A stretch of DNA of 24,000 bases, from positions 2,602,709 through 2,626,708 of the forward strand of contig NZ_CP046252.1 in the NCBI RefSeq assembly GCF_009720145.1. The letters are read 5' to 3'. The notes under the pieces were generated by a model that saw nothing but the letters and a program-made list of their open reading frames with translations, made no database searches and had not been told where the DNA came from. Shown here one piece after another: positions 17,377-24,000 of the stretch (position 1 is its first letter; each line of letters starts with the position of its first letter). The stretch comes from Sphingobium sp. CAP-1. Lineage in GTDB: Bacteria > Pseudomonadota > Alphaproteobacteria > Sphingomonadales > Sphingomonadaceae. Position numbers and translations under genes: made by a program.

Positions 17377-17390
17377 AGAAAACGTTTTCT
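17377..17390. promoter_or_regulatory. LacI-family operator O1: perfect 14-bp palindrome AGAAAACGTTTTCT in the fruB promoter region
   Basis: An exact palindrome with a central CG, 17-30 nt upstream of the fruB ATG. It overlaps the -10 region downstream of a TTGACA hexamer (rc of 17398..17403). It resembles Cra/FruR-type half-sites (GAAAC|GTTTC). Confidence 0.7.
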
Positions 17391-17463
17391 GATTATTTTG
17401 TCAAGCGCCTTGCAATATGGCTTGGAAATCGGCCATATTTGGCATCAGATAGTGATAGGATGA

Positions 17464-17478
17464 GGAAAACGATTTTCC
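17464..17478. promoter_or_regulatory. LacI-family operator O2: GGAAAACGATTTTCC, overlapping the regulator's ribosome-binding region
   Basis: The arms GGAAAA/TTTTCC match O1 but flank a 3-nt centre (CGA) instead of 2 nt. It ends 1 nt before the regulator ATG (17480). Confidence 0.5.
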
Positions 17479-17479
17479 C

Positions 17480-18496
17480 ATGACCGTCGGAATTAAGGAT
17501 GTAGCGCGAGTCGCGGCGGTATCGCCCGCCACCGTTTCGCGGGTGCTGTCGGGGCGCTCGGTCGATCCGGCGATGCGCGATCGCGTGCTGGCAGCCGTTA
17601 AGACGACGGGCTATCGTCCCAATCTTGCTGCGCGCCGCCTCCGCTCACGCCACAGCAACACCATCGGCCTGATCGTCGCCGATATCCGCAATCCCTTCTT
17701 CACGGCCGTATCGCGCACGGTCGAGGATATCGCCTATGAGCGCGGCCTGCGGGTCATATTGTGCAATACCAATGAAGATCCCGCCAAGGAGGCGATGTAT
17801 CTCCAGCTCATGCAGGAAGAACGGGTGACGGGCGTCATCCTGGCGCCGACCCGGCAGGGCGCCGAAAAGGTTTCGCGCGCCAAGGCGGATCATCCCATCA
17901 TCCTGATCGATCGTGTCGCCACGACGACATCCGACTGCGTCGTGCTGGACAATGATGCGATGGCGCAGGCGCTGGTGGTCCATCTTCACGCGCAGGGTTT
18001 CAGGACCATCACGGGATTGTTCGGCGCGGCCAGCACCACCGGCGCCGAACGCCGCGCCGGTTTCGAAAAGGCCGCCAGGGCCATGAACCTGACGACCCAA
18101 TCGCTGTCCGTCCCGCATCGCGAGGGCGAAGCGGAACGGCTGGTCAGCGCCCTGCTACAGGCGCCGGATCGCCCGGAGGCGATCATAGCAAGCAATGGCG
18201 TGATGCTGATGTCGGTGCTGCGGGCCGCGCACGCCCTGGGCCTGTCGGTGCCAAGGGATTTTGCCCTTGCCGGTTTCGACAATGACGCCTGGATGGAATT
18301 TGCCGGTAACGGCCTGAGCGTCATCGAGCAGCCGGTGGAGGAGATCGGGCGCACCGCCATGGCGATGTTGCTCGACCGGCTCGATCATCCCGACGCGGCC
18401 GCCCGCAAGGTCGTCCTGAGCGGACGCCTTGTCGCGCGCGGGTCCAGCATCAGGCATGAAAATATGATCGTCGAGACGTGGGGAAGCAAATCATGA
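17480..18496 (+). CDS. LacI-family transcriptional regulator (FruR/Cra-like by context)
   Basis: N-terminal HTH IKDVARVAAVSPATVSRVLSG followed by a periplasmic-binding-protein-like sugar domain. Divergent from fruBKA-oprB, with palindromic operators in the shared intergenic region. Confidence 0.92.
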   Translation: MTVGIKDVARVAAVSPATVSRVLSGRSVDPAMRDRVLAAVKTTGYRPNLAARRLRSRHSNTIGLIVADIRNPFFTAVSRTVEDIAYERGLRVILCNTNEDPAKEAMYLQLMQEERVTGVILAPTRQGAEKVSRAKADHPIILIDRVATTTSDCVVLDNDAMAQALVVHLHAQGFRTITGLFGAASTTGAERRAGFEKAARAMNLTTQSLSVPHREGEAERLVSALLQAPDRPEAIIASNGVMLMSVLRAAHALGLSVPRDFALAGFDNDAWMEFAGNGLSVIEQPVEEIGRTAMAMLLDRLDHPDAAARKVVLSGRLVARGSSIRHENMIVETWGSKS

Positions 18497-19332
18497 AACC
18501 GCCCATTGGCCGGGATACCCGGCTGTGCATGTCGCTGTCGGCCCGTCCCGGAAATGCCGGATCGCGCTTCCACAACGCCCTCTACGACCGGTTGGGGCTG
18601 GACTATATCTATAAGAGTTTCAGCACACAGGATCTGGCCGCGGCGGTCGGCGGCATACGCGCGCTGGACATTCGCGGCTGCGCCATATCGATGCCGTTCA
18701 AGGAAGCGGTGATCCCGCTGATCGATGCGCTCGAAGCCTCTGCGCGCGCGATCGACAGCGTCAACACCATCGTCAATGACGGGGGCAGGCTGACAGGCTA
18801 TAACACCGACTATGTGGCCGTGCGCCAGTTGCTGGAGCAACGGATCGAAAAGCCCGTGCCATTCCTGTTGCGCGGAAGCGGCGGGATGGCCAAGGCGGTG
18901 GCCGCCGCCCTGCGCGATGCCGGCTTTGCCGAGGGCAGGATCATCGCACGCAACGAAACGGCGGGGCGCGCCATCGCGGACCAATATGGCTATGCGTGGC
19001 AGGCCGACCTGCCACCGGAAAGCGCGCCGCTGCTGATCAATGTCACGCCTTTGGGCATGGACGGTCAGGACAGGGATGCGCTGGCCTTTCCGCCGGAGCA
19101 TATCGCCGCCTGCAACACCGCCTTCGACGTGGTGGCCCAGCCCGTGGAAACGCCCTTCATCAGGGCCGCGCGCGCCGGCAACAGGAACATCATTTCCGGC
19201 GGCGAGGTCATCGTGCTTCAGGCGCTCGAACAATTTGTCCTCTACACCGGCATCCGCCCCGACCTGAAGGATATTCGCGAAGCCGCGCGATACGCACATG
19301 GCGCGGAGGTGGCAGACAGGATCGCCGGCTAG
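18493..19332 (+). CDS. Shikimate dehydrogenase family protein, SdhL-like class; physiological substrate unknown
   Basis: SDH motifs SMPFK, GYNTDY and the glycine-rich GSGGMAKA. Start at ATG 18493 (MKPPIGRDTRLCMSLSARPGN...) overlaps the LacI stop (ATGA at 18493..18496). GGGGAAG lies upstream. Confidence 0.88.
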   Translation: MKPPIGRDTRLCMSLSARPGNAGSRFHNALYDRLGLDYIYKSFSTQDLAAAVGGIRALDIRGCAISMPFKEAVIPLIDALEASARAIDSVNTIVNDGGRLTGYNTDYVAVRQLLEQRIEKPVPFLLRGSGGMAKAVAAALRDAGFAEGRIIARNETAGRAIADQYGYAWQADLPPESAPLLINVTPLGMDGQDRDALAFPPEHIAACNTAFDVVAQPVETPFIRAARAGNRNIISGGEVIVLQALEQFVLYTGIRPDLKDIREAARYAHGAEVADRIAG

Positions 19333-19350
19333 TGGAGCGAATGTGGCATC

Positions 19351-19410
19351 AAAAAATTCCTCACTGCCCATGCGCGACGAATGACTGACGGAGTTGCGCG
19401 GCTTGGGCAG
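19351..19410 (-). terminator. Possible terminator for the second GH32 gene: imperfect hairpin plus a displaced T-run
   Basis: CTGCCCA (19364..19370) pairs with TGGGCAG (19404..19410), with additional GC pairs inside. On the minus strand a TTTTTT run (rc of 19351..19356) follows 7 nt after the stem. It lies in the 100-bp gap between two convergent genes. Confidence 0.35.
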
Positions 19411-19432
19411 GGCGGGACGGAAGCAGGCGCGT

Positions 19433-21043
19433 TCAACCCAGGCTGGATATCAGAACGTCCGACACGCTGACGCTGCCGCCGGCAACATTCAGATTGAGAG
19501 CGATGCTGGTCATCGGGGCGGTGATGAGTTCGGACAAGGTGGCCGCGCCATCGTTCAGGAACAGTTCGACCGATCCGGCATCGACAAACAGGCTGATTTT
19601 CACGGTGCCGCCCGAAAAGTCGCAGGACAGGCTGCGGTTTTTGCGCCAGGCGTCCACGTCAGGCGCATTCGGGCCGCTCATGTCGCGTTTGATGAAGGCG
19701 CTATTGTCGCGCAACGCGAAGCCCGCCTGGGTGAAATATCCATCGCCCCCGCGCACCGAGAGCCAAAGCCCGGACGGCCAGTTCGATCCGATCCGTGTCA
19801 GCGTCAGGTCGATGCGGCTGGCGACCGCCCCGGCGCCGGTCGGCCATATATAGTCGGTCCCCTCGGCAATCGTCTGATCCGTTCCCGCAACGGTCCGGCT
19901 GAACACATTATTCTGCGCTTCCAGCGGCCGGCTGAACAGACGGGGCAGGCCATCGGCCATGTGCAGGCGCAACTGGCGAACGATGCTAAGCTGTCCGCGA
20001 TAGCCATGGGTCGCCGGTAGCTGGTTCGCATAGGCCCAGTTGTTCATCCATGCCATCGCATAGGCCGAGGCGAGCGGATCGGATGCGTGCGGATCGGTCC
20101 ATATGACGGTGGCATAGAAATCGGCCCCGCCGTCCAGCCACTGGCCGTCCGGGAAGGTGGCGGTGAAGTCGGTGCCATCGAAATCGCCGACCCAGTACCA
20201 GCTTCCGCCGGTAAAGCCGGTGGCCGTGCCATCGCCGCCGACCAGCAGCACCCATTTGTCCGACGATGTCGTGCCGTCGGCATTGTAAAGGTGCAGCTTG
20301 AACAGATGCGAACATTCCATGACGCCGCCGACGCGGGTCGACAGAAAACCGCTGGCATAGGTCCATTGCTTCAGGTTCGGCGAGGTGTAGATGCCGATCT
20401 TGCCCTCTTCCGACAGGGTCATCACCCAGCGATCGCTGGCGTCATGCCAGAAAATGGTAGGGTCGCGAAATTGCCTGTTTCCCGGAAAATTCGGCAGAAC
20501 AATGGCATGAAAGCTGAAGCTCGCGCCCCCGTCCAGCGAATACCACAGGGCGCAGGACTGGTTCTGGCCGGCGGCATTGTCGGCCGGCATGGTGGCAAGC
20601 GCGATCACGGCACCGACACCAAAGCCGGCGCTGTTGTTCGTATCGATGACCGCGCTGCCGCTCCAGATGTCGCCGAAGGCGGTCGTGTGGCGCGGAATGG
20701 AGACGCCCCGATCCTGCCAGGTGACGAGATCGGCCGATGTCCAGCGGCGCCACTCGGTGCCGCCGGCAGGATAGGTGGGATTGTAGAGCGCCCACATCGT
20801 CCAGCTTCCGCCGATTCGGACCGGGCGCTGGGGATCGTTGATCCAGCCACCGGCCGGGGCCGCGATGTGATAGCGCGGTCGCCCGTCTACCGGAGTCGGG
20901 GGAGTGGGGGGCGGAGTGGGCGTGGTCGGCGGGGGCGTCGTGCCGGTCGGTGGCGTGGATGCGCCGCCGCATGACGGCAGCATCGGCAAGCTGGCCATCA
21001 TGCCCAGCGTCTGCCGGCGCGAATAGAAGGGGGCAACTGTCAT
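19433..21043 (-). CDS. Glycoside hydrolase family 32 with a Tat-type signal, a lipobox-like cleavage site and a Pro/Thr-rich linker (predicted envelope-anchored fructanase)
   Basis: GH32 motifs are WINDPQ (a variant of WMNDPNG), FRDPTIFW and MECSHL. The N-terminus is MTVAPFYSRRQTLGMMASLPMLPSCGGAS, followed by TPPTGTTPPPTTPTPPPTPPTP. AGGAAGG Shine-Dalgarno lies 9 nt before ATG 21043. The 67-aa extension in the ORF track (to 21244) is rejected. Confidence 0.9.
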   Translation of the reverse strand: MTVAPFYSRRQTLGMMASLPMLPSCGGASTPPTGTTPPPTTPTPPPTPPTPVDGRPRYHIAAPAGGWINDPQRPVRIGGSWTMWALYNPTYPAGGTEWRRWTSADLVTWQDRGVSIPRHTTAFGDIWSGSAVIDTNNSAGFGVGAVIALATMPADNAAGQNQSCALWYSLDGGASFSFHAIVLPNFPGNRQFRDPTIFWHDASDRWVMTLSEEGKIGIYTSPNLKQWTYASGFLSTRVGGVMECSHLFKLHLYNADGTTSSDKWVLLVGGDGTATGFTGGSWYWVGDFDGTDFTATFPDGQWLDGGADFYATVIWTDPHASDPLASAYAMAWMNNWAYANQLPATHGYRGQLSIVRQLRLHMADGLPRLFSRPLEAQNNVFSRTVAGTDQTIAEGTDYIWPTGAGAVASRIDLTLTRIGSNWPSGLWLSVRGGDGYFTQAGFALRDNSAFIKRDMSGPNAPDVDAWRKNRSLSCDFSGGTVKISLFVDAGSVELFLNDGAATLSELITAPMTSIALNLNVAGGSVSVSDVLISSLG

Positions 21044-21268
21044 GAGACTACGCCTTCCTGCAATTTTGGGGGGGACGGTTCGCCCGACGCATCGCGGACG
21101 GGCGCCGCGTCGATGCTCGATTATGTTCGGAACGAAACTATTTCGCGGGTGGCCGGATAGCGTGCGCGACTTCCCCTGCGGCGGGCGCGCCCAAAGGATT
21201 TCCTGTGCCGGAATATGCCTGCAAGATCCTCTCCTTTTGCTCATGCCGCGTTCTCGCGGTCGTTGAGT

Positions 21269-21303
21269 GACTAAATCTATAAATGTGATTTAGTGCTGTC
21301 AAG
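21269..21303 (-). promoter_or_regulatory. Promoter-operator cassette P3 upstream of the second GH32 gene
   Basis: Minus strand reads CTTGACAGCACTAAATCACATTTATAGATTTAGTC. This gives TTGACA (21302..21297), a 17-nt spacer and TAGATT (21279..21274). It has perfect 7-bp arms, CTAAATC-N9-GATTTAG. Confidence 0.65.
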
Positions 21304-21504
21304 ACGATCTGGAAAGGAACGACGCGGATCGATGCCGTCGGCCAAGGTCCGTCCTTTCCGCACCGGCCAGGGTCGGCGACCCGTATCGAGTCCGGTGAGG
21401 CGGTGCCGGAAATTGCGTCAGCATGTGAAGGACATCCACCCCCAGGGGATGGAGGAGATCCGACGCGGGCGACATGCCCTGTCAGGTGCCTTTCCCGGCC
21501 CCGG

Positions 21505-22062
21505 TCAGCGTCCCGGACGCATGAAATTCACGGGATCGATCGCCTGGCCGTGCAGTCGCACCTCATAATGGAGATGCGGCCCGGTCGATCGTCCGGTGGA
21601 CCCGACATAGCCGATCAGCCGGCCGCGCCGCAGCGCTTCCCCCGGTGTGACGGCAAGGCGCGACATATGCGCATAGCGAGTCTCATATCCCGATGCGTGC
21701 CGGATCGTCACCAGCAGGCCGTATCCCCGCGCCCAGCCCGCCGTGCCGACCTGACCGTCCGCGGTGGCATAGACCGGCACTCCCGTCGGTTCGGGCAGGT
21801 CGACGCCGGCATGATAGCGCGGCCGGTGCAGGATCGGATCGGTGCGGAAGCCGATCCCGCCCGAAATGGGTTGCCGCGAAGGGGCGGGGGCGACGAGGGG
21901 AACCCTTTGCGCGGGCGCCGTCTGCCGCTTGCGGTCCTGCGCCGCCTTCCACCCGCCGAACAAATGGCGGAACGCCTGCTCATCCTTGTCCGATGCGGTC
22001 GCGCGCAGGGGCTGCGCGCCGCAGCATAGCAGCATGAGCAGAAGAAGGACGCGGCGCATCAT
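21505..22062 (-). CDS. M23 family metallopeptidase (LytM domain), secreted
   Basis: Signal peptide MMRRVLLLLMLLCCGAQPLRA. M23 zinc motifs HAGVD and GPHLHYE. The ATG overlaps the stop of the upstream glycosyltransferase gene (ATGA at 22059..22062). Confidence 0.9.
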   Translation of the reverse strand: MMRRVLLLLMLLCCGAQPLRATASDKDEQAFRHLFGGWKAAQDRKRQTAPAQRVPLVAPAPSRQPISGGIGFRTDPILHRPRYHAGVDLPEPTGVPVYATADGQVGTAGWARGYGLLVTIRHASGYETRYAHMSRLAVTPGEALRRGRLIGYVGSTGRSTGPHLHYEVRLHGQAIDPVNFMRPGR

Positions 22063-23678
22063 GGCCGATCAAATGCCACGATCGTCACGACCCGGCCACC
22101 GATCTTTCCCTGTGCGGGGGCGAAGTGCGCCACGATCCTGCCCCGGTCGATCAGATCGCGATAGGCCGCATATTCCACGGGAAAAGCCCGTCGCTCCTGC
22201 CGATAGCGATCATATTGGGTCAGGATGGCGAAATCGGCGCGGCAACTGGCCCGCCTGTCCGGCGCCATGGTGCCATAATCGACATTCGACCGGGTTCCGC
22301 GCGCCTGATCGATCGACCCATAGCCGGTGCGACCGCGCAGCATCTCCTTTGCGTCGACGCATCCCGCATCGCCGATCGGAAACAGGAAATGCCAGGGTTG
22401 CTGCACCAGGTCGAAGGCGAAATGTTCGATCAGAACGGTGCTGCCCGATGGAATATGCGCCCGCGCCCAGGCGGACGCGATCTGTCGGGTGTCGTTCATC
22501 CGCTCGCGGGCGTCCGCCTGGGCCTGGAGCAGCATCGGCGCGATCGTCGCGACCAGGGCGATAGCCGTCACCGGCAGCGACAGGCGCGGGCCGGCGCGCG
22601 CGGCCAGCGCGCAAATGGCGGCCGCGATCGGGATGGCGCAGAGCGGCAGCAGCGGCAGCGCCCAGCGCTCCCACACGATCGTCTGGCTACAGAATAGCAG
22701 GAAGAAGCCAAGGATGAGCGGGCCAAGCAGCAGCCGGGCGCGCAGGTTCCGCCACAGCAGCAGCGCGCCCGGCACCAGCAGGACCATGCCGGCGATGCTC
22801 AGCCCCTGCGCCAGCGGTCCCTTCAGATACCAGGCGGCATTATGCAGGAAGCCGCCGCCGGTCGAACCCAGATGATGCATCTGGCCTTCACCGTTGAGGT
22901 TGCGCAGTACGGTCGGATAATCGAGCAGCAGATAGGGCGAGAGCAGCAGGATGAAGCCGATGGTCGCCACGCAGAAGAGGCCAAGCCGGCCGCCGGCCTG
23001 CCGCGCACCGATGCGGCCGTCCGACAATTTCAGGGCGAGCGCGCCGACGACCGCCAGCCCCGCCAGCGCGAAGGGCCATTTGGTCGTGACCGCAAGGGCG
23101 GTCGCGAAGGCGGCCAGCAGGATGTCACGGCGCCGGTCCCGTTCCATGATGTCGAGCGCCACAAGCAGGACGAGCAGCAGGAAGAAGCAGGCCATCATGT
23201 CCGACCGGATGATCTGCGAATAGGTGACATGGACCGGACTGGCGGCGAGCAGCGCGGCGGCAAGGAGCCCCGCGCGCCGGGAAAACAGCCGCTCCCCCAG
23301 CCGATAGCTGAGCAGCAGCGTGCCGAGCGCGAAGGCGGTCATCGCCAGCCGGCCGGGCAGGATCACCCAGCCCGGATCGGCATAGATGGCCGCGCTGAAC
23401 GCCTTGATCGTCGGGAACCAGCCGGCCAGCCATCCGAACAGAAACACGCTGACATCGATCAGCGCGAGCAAATACATGGTGATGGTCGCGGGATGACCGA
23501 ACCAGCCCGGATTGAGCGTGGGGCCGCGCAGCATCCTGACCGCGCCCAGTTCGAACATGAGTTCGTCGGGGTCGTTGAGGCCGGGAAGGCCGAACCGGAT
23601 GGAGGCGAGCCGCAGCCACAACGCCGCCAGCAGAATCAGCGCGAGCAGCCCGATATGCGGACGGCGAAGGCCGCGCAT
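22059..23678 (-). CDS. Polytopic membrane glycosyltransferase, GT-C fold (ArnT/PMT family 39/83-like)
   Basis: 539 aa with many hydrophobic segments. Acidic first-loop motif GLNDPDE after TM1, as in ArnT/PMT-type enzymes. The start overlaps the upstream gene's stop by 1 nt (TGATG at 23676..23680). Confidence 0.8.
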   Translation of the reverse strand: MRGLRRPHIGLLALILLAALWLRLASIRFGLPGLNDPDELMFELGAVRMLRGPTLNPGWFGHPATITMYLLALIDVSVFLFGWLAGWFPTIKAFSAAIYADPGWVILPGRLAMTAFALGTLLLSYRLGERLFSRRAGLLAAALLAASPVHVTYSQIIRSDMMACFFLLLVLLVALDIMERDRRRDILLAAFATALAVTTKWPFALAGLAVVGALALKLSDGRIGARQAGGRLGLFCVATIGFILLLSPYLLLDYPTVLRNLNGEGQMHHLGSTGGGFLHNAAWYLKGPLAQGLSIAGMVLLVPGALLLWRNLRARLLLGPLILGFFLLFCSQTIVWERWALPLLPLCAIPIAAAICALAARAGPRLSLPVTAIALVATIAPMLLQAQADARERMNDTRQIASAWARAHIPSGSTVLIEHFAFDLVQQPWHFLFPIGDAGCVDAKEMLRGRTGYGSIDQARGTRSNVDYGTMAPDRRASCRADFAILTQYDRYRQERRAFPVEYAAYRDLIDRGRIVAHFAPAQGKIGGRVVTIVAFDRP

Positions 23679-24000
23679 CAGGCGCCGTCCACCAACAGGG
23701 TCTGGTCGCGATAGGGGATGGCGATTGCCCGACCGCGCAGCCGGACCCGGCCCTGCGCGCCCCCGGCCAGCGCCGCATCGTCATGACCGGTGGCGTCGAT
23801 CCGCAGGTGATGCGCGCCGCCGTCGATCTGCACGCCGCCAGCAAAGGCGCCGTCCCGGCCCCCGATGAGCAGCGTCACGCCGCCGCGCGCGCAGTCGCGC
23901 AGCATGACGGCGTCGCGGCCGGTGACATGGTTCGGATTGGCGATCCAGCCCTGAAGCGTGAAGCCGGTACACCGCGACAATTGCACGGGAATCGGATGGT
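23678..24000 (-). CDS. C-terminal part of a probable right-handed beta-helix repeat protein; the gene continues past the right window edge
   Basis: The frame stays open to the window edge (...HPIPVQLSRCTGFTLQGWIANPNHVTGRDAVMLRDCARGGVTLLIGGRDGAFAGGVQIDGGAHHLRIDATGHDD...). The Gly/Asp-rich periodicity of about 22 aa is typical of parallel beta-helix folds. Codon bias is consistent with the neighbouring genes. Confidence 0.6.
   Translation of the reverse strand, partial: HPIPVQLSRCTGFTLQGWIANPNHVTGRDAVMLRDCARGGVTLLIGGRDGAFAGGVQIDGGAHHLRIDATGHDDAALAGGAQGRVRLRGRAIAIPYRDQTLLVDGA

Noticed and set aside
12296-17483. Very long plus-strand ORFs (606 aa at 12296..14116; 339 aa at 13903..14922; 829 aa at 14994..17483) antisense to fruA, fruK and fruB
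   Set aside because: Same GC-driven artefact as above. The translations are Arg/Gly/Asp-rich and show no recognisable domains. The minus-strand frames contain canonical PTS and PfkB active-site motifs.
18385-19371. 328-aa minus-strand ORF overlapping the shikimate-dehydrogenase-like gene
   Set aside because: No motifs are visible, and it runs into the LacI gene. The plus-strand frame has SMPFK, NTD and GSGG motifs and a coupled start.
20891-20956. Repetitive CCG/ACC-rich DNA considered as a tandem repeat or VNTR
   Set aside because: It is in frame and encodes a Pro/Thr linker (TPPTGTTPPPTTPTPPPTPPTP) in the GH32 lipoprotein. This is low-complexity coding sequence, not an independent repeat element.
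9225-21303. The three ~34-bp repeats considered as a CRISPR array or as mobile-element ends
   Set aside because: Only three copies exist, with irregular spacing (282 bp and about 11.7 kb). All sit in promoter position, no cas or transposase genes are present, and each contains -35/-10 hexamers. A promoter-operator reading fits better.
21293-22029. Plus-strand ORFs (91 aa at 21293..21568; 208 aa at 21403..22029) between P3 and the M23 peptidase gene
   Set aside because: Both are Arg-rich and low-complexity, and they largely overlap the well-supported M23 gene on the opposite strand. No Shine-Dalgarno sequence is present.

Overview
High-GC chromosomal window (about 65% GC by eye). Gene content suggests an alphaproteobacterium, probably Sphingomonadaceae-like, but that is inference only. 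Most of the window is one fructan/sucrose/fructose utilisation supercluster. (i) A minus-strand operon runs ROK fructokinase, MFS sugar porter, periplasmic GH32 beta-fructofuranosidase, TonB-dependent receptor (8981->2170). (ii) A divergent ROK-family regulator sits at 9575..10792. (iii) A fruB(EIIA-HPr-EI)-fruK-fruA-oprB operon runs 17360->10802. (iv) A divergent LacI/FruR-like regulator is translationally coupled to an SdhL-type shikimate-dehydrogenase-like gene (17480..19332). (v) A second GH32 carries a Tat signal, a lipobox-like site and a Pro/Thr linker (21043->19433). The left edge holds a PaoA/PaoB-like molybdo-oxidoreductase gene pair, a tRNA-Gly(GCC), and a roughly 0.9 kb low-GC islet with one orphan gene. 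The right edge holds a tightly coupled operon of beta-helix protein, GT-C glycosyltransferase and M23 peptidase. The most interesting non-coding signal is a 34-35 bp promoter-plus-palindrome cassette present three times. Two copies precede the fructan operons. The third drives an orphan unit of about 210 nt that ends in a textbook intrinsic terminator, which makes it a candidate sugar-regulated sRNA with a CU-rich anti-Shine-Dalgarno stretch. I found no CRISPR array, transposase, integrase or rRNA. All homology statements rest on motifs recognised by eye; no database search was run.
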